A stretch of 64,000 bases of DNA, taken from IMG/VR virus record IMGVR_UViG_3300009593_002680; one strand, 5' to 3'. How positions within the stretch are numbered: position 1 is the first letter of the stretch; every line of letters starts with the position of its first letter. The DNA comes from a virus. Position numbers and translations under genes: made by a program. The notes under the pieces were generated by a model that ran no database searches, was not told the origin of the DNA, and saw only the letters and a list, made by a program, of their open reading frames with translations. Of the stretch, positions 18,689 through 28,389 are shown piece after piece.

Positions 18689-20146
18689 TTATCCTTGATG
18701 CTCGTCATTAGCAAAGAGGTTTGCTAAAAACCCTGCTTTTTTTGGAGCCTTTTCTCTTTTCTTATTATAACTAGGTGTTGATTTTCTCATTTGACTTTTA
18801 CGTTTTTGCATTAAGTCTTTACCTAGTTTAGTTTTAATATCTGCTTCTTCTTTATCGTCTATACTTTTAAATATTTTTTTATCTTTGTTAAACTTGAATT
18901 CTTTTCCACGTACATCTTTAACAACGTCAGCAACTCCAACGTCTTTGTAACTTCTTTCTTCTAATCTAACATCATATACTACTTTGCTTAATCTTGCAAT
19001 AGTATCTGCTAATTCTGGATTTACACTTTCTAATTCTGAGTATAGTTCTTGTGGACTATATTGTAATGCTTCTTCTTGGTCTTTCTTTAATGCTTTACCT
19101 AATATAGTACATACTGTATTTTCTTCTGGAGTATTTTCTTGCTTTGGCAATGCCATTGCTTCACCAAATGCCATTTTAGATGCTTTACCTAGTATTTCAC
19201 TTCTTTGTCCTCTACCCATGTGTGGGAAGTCTGCCTGCATTTGTTGATATGCTAGTCTAGGATCATCCATTTGTTTCATATAACTAGCAACTTGTTTAAT
19301 TACTTCTTCGTCACCTGGATATTCGTCTTTGGATTTTTGTCTATCTGCTTTACGTTCATCATGCTTAACTATGTCGAGCCAATCTGCTCCTGTTAGTTCA
19401 CCTTCGTCACAGCCAAAAATACCAACGCCATCACATTCAGTGCCTTCTTCGTACTCTTCTGTTTCATCATTGTACATTTCTTCTTCACCATCCATAAAGC
19501 CATTTCCACCACAACCTGGACATATACCTTGCATAATACTTTCTTGGTCATCTTTGTCAAATTTATCTAAGTCATCTTGCATGTTATCGTATGCTTCTTG
19601 TCTTTCTTCAGCATCGTAGTAATCATCAGGCTCACCTATCATATTATCTGCATAGTCGCCTCTTGCTGGATTGTAGTCTGGAGCACCTATGGATGCTTCA
19701 TCAGTTTCAGTTTTACCTAAAACTTTCTTCTTAAATTTATCACTAACATCTGCTGGGTGGTCTGGATTATCTTTGTTTAATGAATAGTACCCAGGACCTT
19801 TAAGATTTTTTATAAAGTCTGATAATTTTTTACCACTTTTATCAAACTTTTTGATTTGATCTCTTATGCTTATATCGTCTGTTGCTTCGGCATGCATAGC
19901 CGCCATATGGTCTTTGTATTTTTTAGTACCTTTTTTGTGTGGGGATTTGCCTTCTATAACTTCAAAATCACTAGTACCTGTACCAGTGTAACGTGATGCT
20001 GTTCCACCATGTTGTGCTCTGGCTTTTTCTATTGCACTATTCTTATGCATAGCAGTAACTTTATAAGTTTTACCGCTTATTTTGTGCTTAACAGTATAGT
20101 GCCTGAAAGATTCTTCTAGTGTTTTATAAAAGTCTGATAGTTTCAT
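18689..20146 (-). CDS. modular acidic/basic hypothetical protein, possibly virion-associated
   Basis: Alternating basic and acidic modules, one CPGCGGNG...C..C Zn-finger-like segment; ATAAATA 6 nt before ATG. Confidence 0.55.
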   Translation of the reverse strand: MKLSDFYKTLEESFRHYTVKHKISGKTYKVTAMHKNSAIEKARAQHGGTASRYTGTGTSDFEVIEGKSPHKKGTKKYKDHMAAMHAEATDDISIRDQIKKFDKSGKKLSDFIKNLKGPGYYSLNKDNPDHPADVSDKFKKKVLGKTETDEASIGAPDYNPARGDYADNMIGEPDDYYDAEERQEAYDNMQDDLDKFDKDDQESIMQGICPGCGGNGFMDGEEEMYNDETEEYEEGTECDGVGIFGCDEGELTGADWLDIVKHDERKADRQKSKDEYPGDEEVIKQVASYMKQMDDPRLAYQQMQADFPHMGRGQRSEILGKASKMAFGEAMALPKQENTPEENTVCTILGKALKKDQEEALQYSPQELYSELESVNPELADTIARLSKVVYDVRLEERSYKDVGVADVVKDVRGKEFKFNKDKKIFKSIDDKEEADIKTKLGKDLMQKRKSQMRKSTPSYNKKREKAPKKAGFLANLFANDEHQG

Positions 20147-20173
20147 GTAAACTATTTATCACTTTTAGGAGAT

Positions 20174-20419
20174 TTACTTGTCTTCTTGTAGTTCGTCTTC
20201 TTGGTCTTTTCTTTCAACCCATACAAGATTAATGCCTCTACGTTGTAGTTCTTTAATACATTTTACTCTTGTTTTAGGTTTGTATGAACCTTTTTCTTTA
20301 TTGACGTATTCGAAAAGGAATTCTGTTGATTTTGCTTTGATGTAGTCATGTTCCCAATGCCACTTTGTACGGCTACCTTTTGCATATTTTTTCATTGATG
20401 GACCGAATTTTACTGGCAT
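20174..20419 (-). CDS. hypothetical basic protein
   Basis: 81 aa ORF with GGGAG SD. Confidence 0.6.
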   Translation of the reverse strand: MPVKFGPSMKKYAKGSRTKWHWEHDYIKAKSTEFLFEYVNKEKGSYKPKTRVKCIKELQRRGINLVWVERKDQEDELQEDK

Positions 20420-20421
20420 TG

Positions 20422-20580
20422 TTATCTCCCTTGACCTCTGTACTTCTTATGAGAACGTTTTTTATGCTTGTTCATAGTAGATGTTGATATCTTACAACGT
20501 CTACCGCGACCGCCTTGTCCTATGGAACTACATTTCCTTGTAGGTGTTATAGTACTTACTTTTCTTGCCGCTCTAGCCAT
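20422..20580 (-). CDS. 52-aa highly basic protein (MARAARKVST...KKRSHKKYRGQGR)
   Basis: GAGGGG SD, late box at 20627-20633; not in the ORF track. Confidence 0.7.
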   Translation of the reverse strand: MARAARKVSTITPTRKCSSIGQGGRGRRCKISTSTMNKHKKRSHKKYRGQGR

Positions 20581-20655
20581 TACCCCTCATGGTTGAACAA
20601 TTCACTATGAACTGTTTTGATGTATGTATTTATTTAAAAACTATTTTAATGGAAA

Positions 20656-23241
20656 CTAAACTGGAAATTTACCCATATGACCCGGGTCATATTTTCTGTA
20701 AGAAGGTGCAGGTTGTGTAGGTTGTTGTCTTTGTTGTTGCTGTCTTTGTTGTTGTGCTTGTTCGGGATCTTGTTGTTGTCCTAATTGAGAACCATGTTGT
20801 TTAGTTGCTTGTTGTGGTTGTTGTATTCCTGCTCTTTTTTGTAAGTCTGCTATATCTTGTTGTTGTTCAGGTTGTTCAGGTTGTTCAGGTTGTTCAGGTG
20901 TAATTCCTTGGAATGCTTGTTCTATTTCTTTTTTTGTAACTCCTGATTTAACTAAAAATGCTTTTACTTCTTCTGAATCTGTTGGAGAACCTGATGCTTG
21001 ATAATCACTTTGTAATTTTTCAATATCTAGAGCACCTTGGCTACCTGTAAGTTTTTTAACTTGATTTAAAAAGTTTTGTATAGCAGGACTGCCCATTACT
21101 GGTTTTAATAAAGCACTCATTCCAGCACTTACGGCACCACCTACTGCTTTGGCTCCTTTGGCAACTGCACCACCAACGGCACCAGTAGCCTTTCTGTAAG
21201 CACCACCAATTTTCTTAGCAATATCCATAGGACCTTCTGCTAATGCTTTTGAGGTATCTTCTATTAATCTGTGTTCTTGTAAATGTTCAAACCCTTCTAG
21301 TATAATTATGTTTTCTTTTATCCAACTGTTATACCATTCTAACATCACAAACACAGCAAGTTCAGGACCTAAGTCTTCTGTGAGTTGAACAAAGTCCTCA
21401 CCAACTTCTTCTGTTAGTGCTATGGTCCATTCGTTATTAAACTGCATGGATTCTTTTTGTTCTTGTGCACCTTGTACAAATTGTTTTTTAATGCTTTCAT
21501 CTGCTGTTCCCATTGCCGCAACTGCTATTGGTACAGCCGCCGCTTCAACATATTTTTTCACAGAGTTTTCTAATTGTTTTTTTACTTTTGCTGGTTCCCA
21601 TATAAGATCCGATGCTTCTCTTTCTATACCAGCTCTAGCGGCATTGTTTATTCTATTTTGTTGAAACATGTCTTCAATACTACTGTATTTTGCACCGTTT
21701 TCTTTTGCCTGTTGCATTAAATCTTGATATGCTCTCTCATACCACATAGGAGTTTCATATGCAGTTCCTTGCCATCCATGCATAACAGAAGTTAAGCCAG
21801 TTTCATGATTTGTTACCATTAATTCAAAAGCACTTTGGAATTGAACATCTGGTAAACCAGGTAATCTAATATCTACAGAATTAAAGTATATTGAATGTTT
21901 TCCATCACCTGCTTTTTCAATTATAGCATCACCTATGTCTATACCACTGTCTGTTATAACCTTTGTAGCCTCCGCCGCCGCAGTATCTAAACTTGATTCT
22001 TGGGCTATGACATTAAATACTGCACCAACTTCAGTCCTATAGTCACTCATATATTGATTTATTTCCATTGCTTTAACAACTTCTTGAATATCTTTTGCAG
22101 AAGCATCATATTGTTCACCAAGTTTATATATATTTTGAACTATTGTTTCGTCTAAAGGAGAAGCAAGGTCTAAATCAATACCTGCTTTTGCTAAATCTTC
22201 GGCACTGATTGGTTCTAAACCTCTGTCTGGTCTTTCCCAATCTTTTTCAGTACCGTCAAGCGAACTTCTAGGTAAATCTTGCGTACCTACTAAATCAAAT
22301 TCTTGTTGTAATACCTCTGTACCACCTAATTCTTCTATTTTTGCATCAAGGAAATCAGAAGCATCTGAAATTGCTTTTTGACCTACTTCATCTATTTTAT
22401 CCATACTTGCTTCTAATTGGCTAAAAACTCTTGCTGTGTCTAAAAGTTCTCTTGCTGATTCTTGGTTTAAATTATCTATACTTGTTGCACTCATGGCTTC
22501 TAAATCATTTAAGTTTATTTCACCGTTAGATTTAATTGGGATAATTTCTGTGATAGTTTCATCTGGGAATACTTCGGTTGCAAGTTCAGAAATACCTAAA
22601 CCTATAGAACCTGCAATAGCACCTGCAACAAAACCAACTCCTGCATCTTTACCAATGTCTGCTACTGAGCCACCTGCCGCGGCTGTAATGGCACTATCAA
22701 CTACTGTTCTAAATAAAGCCGCACTACTAATAACTCCTAATACTGCAGGACCACCAGCACCAGCAACACCCATGCCAATTGTTATAATAGTAATCATTAA
22801 TCCTTTAAAAGCGGCAAGGTCTTCATCATTTTTTATTTGTGATGCTCCGTTTTTAATAGAACTTACTACAGCACTTGCTTTAGAACCTGCTGGTTCAGGT
22901 AATCCAGCAACTAATTTTTGCAATTTATCCATAGGTACTGCATTACCTACTTTGGATAATATACTGTTTAGTTTTGGATTACTTGTAATTTTAGTAAAAA
23001 TTGGTGTAATAAGTCCAGCAACTTTTTTCATTGCCGGACCGGCTTGCATCATATCAGAATTTCTAGTATCTGATATTTTTTGGAATACTGATTGTATTTG
23101 TGCAGGTTGTAGTTCTGCTTCTTCTAACTTATTAAGTTCTGCAATGATTGTTTCAACATCATTTCTAACATCAACAGGCAGTTCTTGCCATGCTTCGTTA
23201 ATCATAACACTTTCGTTAATGATGTTTATATATTCTCTCAT
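20656..23241 (-). CDS. large hypothetical protein with Gly/Ala-rich hydrophobic segments and Gln-rich tail
   Basis: 861 aa ORF; hydrophobic stretches around aa 145-220; PEQ repeats. Confidence 0.6.
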   Translation of the reverse strand: MREYINIINESVMINEAWQELPVDVRNDVETIIAELNKLEEAELQPAQIQSVFQKISDTRNSDMMQAGPAMKKVAGLITPIFTKITSNPKLNSILSKVGNAVPMDKLQKLVAGLPEPAGSKASAVVSSIKNGASQIKNDEDLAAFKGLMITIITIGMGVAGAGGPAVLGVISSAALFRTVVDSAITAAAGGSVADIGKDAGVGFVAGAIAGSIGLGISELATEVFPDETITEIIPIKSNGEINLNDLEAMSATSIDNLNQESARELLDTARVFSQLEASMDKIDEVGQKAISDASDFLDAKIEELGGTEVLQQEFDLVGTQDLPRSSLDGTEKDWERPDRGLEPISAEDLAKAGIDLDLASPLDETIVQNIYKLGEQYDASAKDIQEVVKAMEINQYMSDYRTEVGAVFNVIAQESSLDTAAAEATKVITDSGIDIGDAIIEKAGDGKHSIYFNSVDIRLPGLPDVQFQSAFELMVTNHETGLTSVMHGWQGTAYETPMWYERAYQDLMQQAKENGAKYSSIEDMFQQNRINNAARAGIEREASDLIWEPAKVKKQLENSVKKYVEAAAVPIAVAAMGTADESIKKQFVQGAQEQKESMQFNNEWTIALTEEVGEDFVQLTEDLGPELAVFVMLEWYNSWIKENIIILEGFEHLQEHRLIEDTSKALAEGPMDIAKKIGGAYRKATGAVGGAVAKGAKAVGGAVSAGMSALLKPVMGSPAIQNFLNQVKKLTGSQGALDIEKLQSDYQASGSPTDSEEVKAFLVKSGVTKKEIEQAFQGITPEQPEQPEQPEQQQDIADLQKRAGIQQPQQATKQHGSQLGQQQDPEQAQQQRQQQQRQQPTQPAPSYRKYDPGHMGKFPV
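20863..20898. repeat. 4 x 9-bp tandem repeat TTGTTCAGG (encodes PEQ x4)
   Basis: Direct reading of the sequence. Confidence 0.9.
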
Positions 23242-23507
23242 TTAAACTGTTTACTCTCTGATTTAAGTTTTTTAACTTCTTTTTCCAGTGTAACTATTCT
23301 TTTTGCTAGTAATGGATATTGTGCTAACCATTTTTCTTCTCTACTAGCAATTTCAATATCATATCTTTTTGCTACCCACTCCATAGTGTTGTCCATTTTT
23401 ACTTGAAACCATACACCTACTTTTGTGTTTTTAAACCATTGATAAAAACTACTTCCTATTATACTCGATAAAATACTTTTTAATGTTAGTATGAATAACC
23501 AATGCAT
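23238..23507 (-). CDS. hypothetical protein
   Basis: 89 aa ORF, coupled to both neighbours. Confidence 0.6.
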   Translation of the reverse strand: MHWLFILTLKSILSSIIGSSFYQWFKNTKVGVWFQVKMDNTMEWVAKRYDIEIASREEKWLAQYPLLAKRIVTLEKEVKKLKSESKQFK

Positions 23508-24838
23508 TACTTCTCTCTATTTTCCCACTCTAAATCTTCTAAGTCCATTTCAAGTTCTTCTATCTTGTTTGCTACTTCTTTGTATTTGTCTTCAAATACT
23601 TCTTCCATTTCATAAATGGCGGACTCTAATCTACTTTTTGCATCATATACTTGACGTTCATGGTAGTCTAATTCTTTTTCATCTATACCCAATTTATCTG
23701 CAAGTCCTGAAAGACCAACCAATATTTCACTTGTAGTATTCTCATATTTGATTGCTTTAGTAATATCTCTTGCTTCACTATGTCCAAATTCTAATTTGTC
23801 TGCAATAGGTTGTAGTTTTTCTATTTCTTGTTGTATTCTTTGTTTTGTTGCTTCTTCTTCTAAAGGCTCTAACTGCCATCTGCCTGTCGGTCTATTATGG
23901 CTTCTAGGATCTGCTTTTTTACTAATCATTTGTGCTAGTTGTTTAAGCAGTTCATCGTCGTCTTGTGCTTCGTCTTTTAATTTTTTAAGTATAGAATCTA
24001 TAACAGCACTTTTTTGTGCAATAAAAGTACCTTCTTCTAGTTGTGATATATCCATATGTTGCATAACGTCATATACTACATCACCGCTATTAACAACATC
24101 TATTACTCTACCACTAGCAAAGTTTCCAATTGGTTGTCCACCTACTTCCATTCTAGGGTCAACACAATCTTCAACATTTAATCTTTCTAATTCTTGATAT
24201 ATTGCATATCCCAAATCATCTGTGTTTTCAAATTGTCCTTCTTCTCCAGCAAAGTCATCTACTAATTTTTCAATACATGCATGTTGGATAATACTTCTTT
24301 CTTCGCCTTCATCTAATTGTTTTTGAATTTCTTTTTTTGCATCTTTTCTGTTATAGTCTTTTGGTGACTTGTGGGCACCTGCTCCACTCATGTTTCTTGA
24401 ATGTTTTGCTACTGGATTATTTTGTTTTGGCATTTTATCCTTCTTTTTACTTTCTACTATTTCTGGATCTATTTCTTGTGCTGTGAATTGTTGCATTAAA
24501 TCAACAATGTCATCATCGTGGTCTATAATTTTATAGTCTTGGTCAATAATAAGTGCCACATTGTCTGCATAACCATGATTCTCACCACTTAAAATGTGCA
24601 TACCATTACTTAACTCTATGTGGTCATCTTGATTTACCCATCGGTGTATTGCGGCTTCAACTTCTTCATGTGGAAGTTTGTCCAACTTAGGCTCTGTATT
24701 AAGTTTGGTTACATCTTCGCCAACAAGTTTACCTTGATAAGGATGAGGACTCTCATGCCCTGTATTAGGTTTAGTTTTTTTAGGCTTTTTGCTTTTAGCC
24801 TTAACTTGTTTTGCTTCTACTACATCACCTATTTTCAT
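23507..24838 (-). CDS. modular acidic hypothetical protein, possibly virion-associated
   Basis: Basic modules (PHPYQGKLVGE; GAGAHKSPKDYNRK) interspersed with acidic blocks. Confidence 0.55.
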   Translation of the reverse strand: MKIGDVVEAKQVKAKSKKPKKTKPNTGHESPHPYQGKLVGEDVTKLNTEPKLDKLPHEEVEAAIHRWVNQDDHIELSNGMHILSGENHGYADNVALIIDQDYKIIDHDDDIVDLMQQFTAQEIDPEIVESKKKDKMPKQNNPVAKHSRNMSGAGAHKSPKDYNRKDAKKEIQKQLDEGEERSIIQHACIEKLVDDFAGEEGQFENTDDLGYAIYQELERLNVEDCVDPRMEVGGQPIGNFASGRVIDVVNSGDVVYDVMQHMDISQLEEGTFIAQKSAVIDSILKKLKDEAQDDDELLKQLAQMISKKADPRSHNRPTGRWQLEPLEEEATKQRIQQEIEKLQPIADKLEFGHSEARDITKAIKYENTTSEILVGLSGLADKLGIDEKELDYHERQVYDAKSRLESAIYEMEEVFEDKYKEVANKIEELEMDLEDLEWENREK

Positions 24839-25314
24839 TATACACTCTCTAATCTTACCATTAATCTTTCAGCACGGTTAGTTACTTGTTTGTGCCATCT
24901 TGAATCTCTGCCTTCTACTGCGGCTGTTTTCCAATCGCTTTCTAGTATTGCGGCATGCATTTTTTTAAATTTACTTAATCTTGTTCTTCCCATGTTAAAC
25001 ATCATATTAACCAGGATTTCTTGTACTTCTCCTGGTAAGTTTCCAAACACCCCGTCTTCGTATAGTAACTCACATTCACTAACTGCTGTGTCGAGGTCTT
25101 TTTCAAAACATTCTTTTGTTCTTTCTTCTGAGACTGGTGTACCAACTTCTTGTCCGTATTCGGGGTCTGATTCGAGGACGAGATGCCCGACACCAAATGT
25201 TGGGTACCCGAGATGGTCTTTATAGATTTCATTAACAACTCCTTCGTCTATTTTAAGTTGTTCAAATACTGCTTCTCTATTCAATTTCGTATCCTTAAAT
25301 AAATTTTTAAACAT
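24838..25314 (-). CDS. T4-type phage lysozyme (GH24)
   Basis: DEG...IYKDHLGYPTFGVGHL (E/D/T catalytic pattern), MMFNMG, SRWHKQVTNRA; start at the ATG after the late box 25323-25329. Confidence 0.9.
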   Translation of the reverse strand: MFKNLFKDTKLNREAVFEQLKIDEGVVNEIYKDHLGYPTFGVGHLVLESDPEYGQEVGTPVSEERTKECFEKDLDTAVSECELLYEDGVFGNLPGEVQEILVNMMFNMGRTRLSKFKKMHAAILESDWKTAAVEGRDSRWHKQVTNRAERLMVRLESV

Positions 25315-25350
25315 TATGTGTGTATTTATCATGAATCCAGTATTTTGTTC

Positions 25351-25379
25351 AAAAAAAAGCACACCCTAAGGTGTGCTTT
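25351..25379 (-). terminator. intrinsic terminator
   Basis: AAGCACACC-loop-GGTGTGCTT followed by a T-run on the minus strand. Confidence 0.8.
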
Positions 25380-25403
25380 AAATTCTTTTTCTACTTATAC
25401 TTG

Positions 25404-25988
25404 CTAGGTAATTGCACCGTAATCTCTTGTGATATTACTTTGTATTCCAGCCTGTGTTAGCACTACTGCTGTTACAGTACAAGTACCATTACTGGCACTA
25501 CCTGCCGCTACAGTGGCTTTTACGTCTGTTGCAGAACTGTAAATATGCTGATGCGTACTTTGAAATTGGAATGTTTGCGTCATATCAGCATCACCTGTAC
25601 CAAAATGTCTATCAGTATCTCCATCATCTCCAACAATAATTGTTGTTGTGTCATCAGCACTAACCCACGGACTTCCAATGTCAACATGTATGCTGTAAAT
25701 CATAGAATTTGCAGGTGCTTCAAACAAAGTTGTTGTACCTGAATTGTATGCTATTGACGTACTAACGTATTGTGCTATAGTTTGGGTTGCACTATCAAAT
25801 TGCCCTTTTGTAAAAAATGCTGTAGCCTGAGTTGCATCAGCACCTTTAACTTCAACAAGAGTAGAGCCGTCATTGTCAGTGAATGTAAATTCATTATCTG
25901 TAGTGTTTGTGAGAAGTTTTAATCCGCGTTTTCCGAACTGTACTAAACTGCCTAGTCCTTTTAACCCGAAGTTGTTGATATCTGCCAT
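25404..25988 (-). CDS. putative virion structural protein
   Basis: T/G/A-rich beta-type composition; late box 26035-26041, GGAG SD, own terminator. Confidence 0.5.
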   Translation of the reverse strand: MADINNFGLKGLGSLVQFGKRGLKLLTNTTDNEFTFTDNDGSTLVEVKGADATQATAFFTKGQFDSATQTIAQYVSTSIAYNSGTTTLFEAPANSMIYSIHVDIGSPWVSADDTTTIIVGDDGDTDRHFGTGDADMTQTFQFQSTHQHIYSSATDVKATVAAGSASNGTCTVTAVVLTQAGIQSNITRDYGAIT

Positions 25989-26037
25989 TTGGTTACTCCA
26001 ATATTATAATCGATTATAGTATTTCTACTATTAGTAT

Positions 26038-26787
26038 TTATCGAAATTTTGAATCGATGTACTTTATAAGGCAGTCCGCAAGAACTTGTATGCCTTTATC
26101 ATTAGGATGGTGGTCTATTATTTTACTATGGTCAGTCATGTTAATATGCAGAGCAGGATCACCTTGTAAGGCATGACTCAAAGGAAACCAATCTATTATT
26201 TCGTTAAAACAATAAGATGATTGGTTTGAATTTATTAAATGCTGATGAAGTCCTTTTATTCTTTCTTTTTCAGTATTGATACCATCTTTATTTACTCCTC
26301 CATTTGGCAATGAATGTTGAAAATGTATTGTTCCCCATATAACTGTAGAATTTGGAATTAACTTTTTCCAATTCATAATTTTTTCTAACGATTGCATATC
26401 AAGAGTATGAAATAAATCTTTTACAATCATTTTCTTTATTGTTTTATTAAGCATTCCTCCATCTACACCTGTATGTGGATCATGACGTAAATGCTCAGGT
26501 AATATACTGTCTATACTTCCTATTATACCTTGCATGGGATAAAGTATTGGAAGTCGCCATGGTGTTGTCATACCAAATATGATTAAAGGCTTTTTAAATT
26601 GTTTCATATTGTCAGGAGTATGTTGTAATGGTTGTAATGCAATTTCATAATTACTAGAACCACCCCTGGCTAAATTTGCATGTGGTACTTCATAATGTCT
26701 AGATAGCAAGTTGGGCCACATATCTCCGTCTACAGTCTTGTGATATTTTGTAAAACTATCTCCACATGCTATAATACTATCAAACAT
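26038..26787 (-). CDS. SGNH/GDSL-like hydrolase or O-acyltransferase
   Basis: ACGDSFT, NLARGGSSN, DHHPN. Confidence 0.7.
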   Translation of the reverse strand: MFDSIIACGDSFTKYHKTVDGDMWPNLLSRHYEVPHANLARGGSSNYEIALQPLQHTPDNMKQFKKPLIIFGMTTPWRLPILYPMQGIIGSIDSILPEHLRHDPHTGVDGGMLNKTIKKMIVKDLFHTLDMQSLEKIMNWKKLIPNSTVIWGTIHFQHSLPNGGVNKDGINTEKERIKGLHQHLINSNQSSYCFNEIIDWFPLSHALQGDPALHINMTDHSKIIDHHPNDKGIQVLADCLIKYIDSKFR

Positions 26788-27596
26788 TACAGTCCTCTTA
26801 TTCCTTTTTCAAATATATCTGCCATTAAACTTATTCCATCTAAGTTTGGATGTCCATCAGTGTCTGTTAGCCAATATTCTCTTTTCGTATGAAATAGTCT
26901 TTGCATAGGTTCCCAATTAGTAAATTGATTAAAACATGACCCCTCATTGGGCCAGTTCATATCTTTATATTTTAAAATTGGAGGGTCAATTGTATTGTCG
27001 CCTATATTTTTTATATTGTTTAAAAATGCTTCAGGGCCGACACGTTCATGTATAAATCCCCACAGTACAGTAGCACCAGGTATTAATGATTCATATTGCA
27101 TTGCCAATTTAACTGCTTGTATAGTTGAGTAAGTATAACAGTCAATACCATGTCCATCGTGAGTTTTCATGCTTCTACCCATTGCTTTAATAGGTAAGTG
27201 TTGTTGTTGATTAGTCCAGTAGTTACCATAGTTATTAGTATCAGCCATATACTGTGGGTCTATACTAAAGTGTGAATCTATCCGACCTTGGTCAGGATTA
27301 AAATAAGTCCAACGATCCATTACAGTAAAAGCAAATATAATTAAAGGCTTTTTAGCATTACCCAAACCATTCCATTCAATTCCGCCTCTATCTTCTATTG
27401 GGCCTCCGTGCGGAGTATTAACTGGTTGAAGTGCTATTGAAGTATTTGAAGAACCACCTTGAGCAATATTGGCAAAAGGTACTCCAAACCTTTCTGCTAA
27501 CATTCCGGGCCAAGTACCTTTAGTCCCTAAACCAATTTGGTCTCGACAACCTTCTGTAAAACTATCCCCACATGCTAAAATAAAATCAAATTCCAT
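26787..27596 (-). CDS. SGNH/GDSL-like hydrolase or O-acyltransferase (paralog)
   Basis: ACGDSFTEG, NIAQGGSSN, DGHPN; start moved to the ATG 5 nt after ATAAATA (27602-27608, minus). Confidence 0.7.
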   Translation of the reverse strand: MEFDFILACGDSFTEGCRDQIGLGTKGTWPGMLAERFGVPFANIAQGGSSNTSIALQPVNTPHGGPIEDRGGIEWNGLGNAKKPLIIFAFTVMDRWTYFNPDQGRIDSHFSIDPQYMADTNNYGNYWTNQQQHLPIKAMGRSMKTHDGHGIDCYTYSTIQAVKLAMQYESLIPGATVLWGFIHERVGPEAFLNNIKNIGDNTIDPPILKYKDMNWPNEGSCFNQFTNWEPMQRLFHTKREYWLTDTDGHPNLDGISLMADIFEKGIRGL

Positions 27597-27607
27597 ACTG
27601 CTATTTA

Positions 27608-27636
27608 TTGACAAATTGATTAAAGTACATTATAAT
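27608..27636 (+). promoter_or_regulatory. sigma70 promoter TTGACA-N17-TATAAT abutting a divergent late box
   Basis: Perfect consensus; its first base is shared with the minus-strand ATAAATA. Confidence 0.8.
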
Positions 27637-27723
27637 TAGTTAAGTTTGAGAATATATCAGATACAGTAAGAGAATGGCTAGAAGTAACCTTCGAACTTAT
27701 ATTTTTATGTTGTTCACAAATAT

Positions 27724-27840
27724 GACTCCGGAGTCTTTGTGTTGACTGATTGGGGAACACTGAGTTCCTTCTTTATCTATCACATCTTAATGAGCGGTGA
27801 AATATCTTAATGTCAACTGGTTCAATACCAATCAGTTGCT
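27724..27840 (+). ncRNA. candidate structured leader or small RNA
   Basis: GACTCCGGAGTC palindrome, GGAAC/GTTCC hairpin, 10-bp GACTGATTGG/CCAATCAGTT helix, T-loop-like GGTTCAATACC. Confidence 0.4.
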
Positions 27841-27921
27841 AATATTTAATCAATTACAAGAAAAGGTGTATGAAATGGTATATTTTGATTAAATAATGGT
27901 ATTAAACAGGAGTTATAATAA

Positions 27922-28287
27922 GTGACATACGTTGTAAAGGGTGAATGTGTAGATTGCAAACACACCACTTGCGTAAAAGTGTGCCCAGTCGATTGCTTTT
28001 TTGAATTGGAGAATACATTAGTTATTGATCCAAAAATTTGCATTGATTGTGCTATATGTGAACCCGAATGCCCGGTAGATGCTATTGTGAGTGATAGAAA
28101 GTTAAAACCTGAAGACCAAAAATGGTTGGATTTTAATGCAGATTACTCTCCATCTGGTGGAAAAATAAACCCTCCTGTTATAACTAAGGTAAAAGAGCCC
28201 ATGCCTACGTTCGAAGAAGCCGCCAAATATACTGCTGATGAGCAATGGAGTAAAGTTAGCAGAATACCAGTCAAAGAAATTGACTAA
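27922..28287 (+). CDS. fdxA: 7Fe/8Fe ferredoxin (FdxA family)
   Basis: MTYVV...CVDCKHTTCVKVCPVDCF...CIDCAICEPECP; GTG start with AGGAG SD. Confidence 0.9.
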   Translation: MTYVVKGECVDCKHTTCVKVCPVDCFFELENTLVIDPKICIDCAICEPECPVDAIVSDRKLKPEDQKWLDFNADYSPSGGKINPPVITKVKEPMPTFEEAAKYTADEQWSKVSRIPVKEID

Positions 28288-28326
28288 ATAACCATAAATT
28301 ATCTGCCAGAAATCATGGCAAATAGG

Positions 28327-28355
28327 TTGACATTGACCCTATAATTCGTTATAAT
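28327..28355 (+). promoter_or_regulatory. sigma70 promoter (GG)TTGACA-N17-TATAAT
   Basis: Perfect consensus. Confidence 0.8.
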
Positions 28356-28389
28356 ATATGTATATTTTAACAAGGAAGGTAGGAAATAT

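Noticed and set aside
22436-23245. 269-aa plus-strand ORF
   Set aside because: Antisense shadow of the 861-aa gene, no RBS or promoter, composition mirrors the opposite strand
27752-27820. Cobalamin riboswitch (GGGAA ... CGGTGAAA)
   Set aside because: Elements too far apart and the GCCCCCGC-ACTGT box is absent
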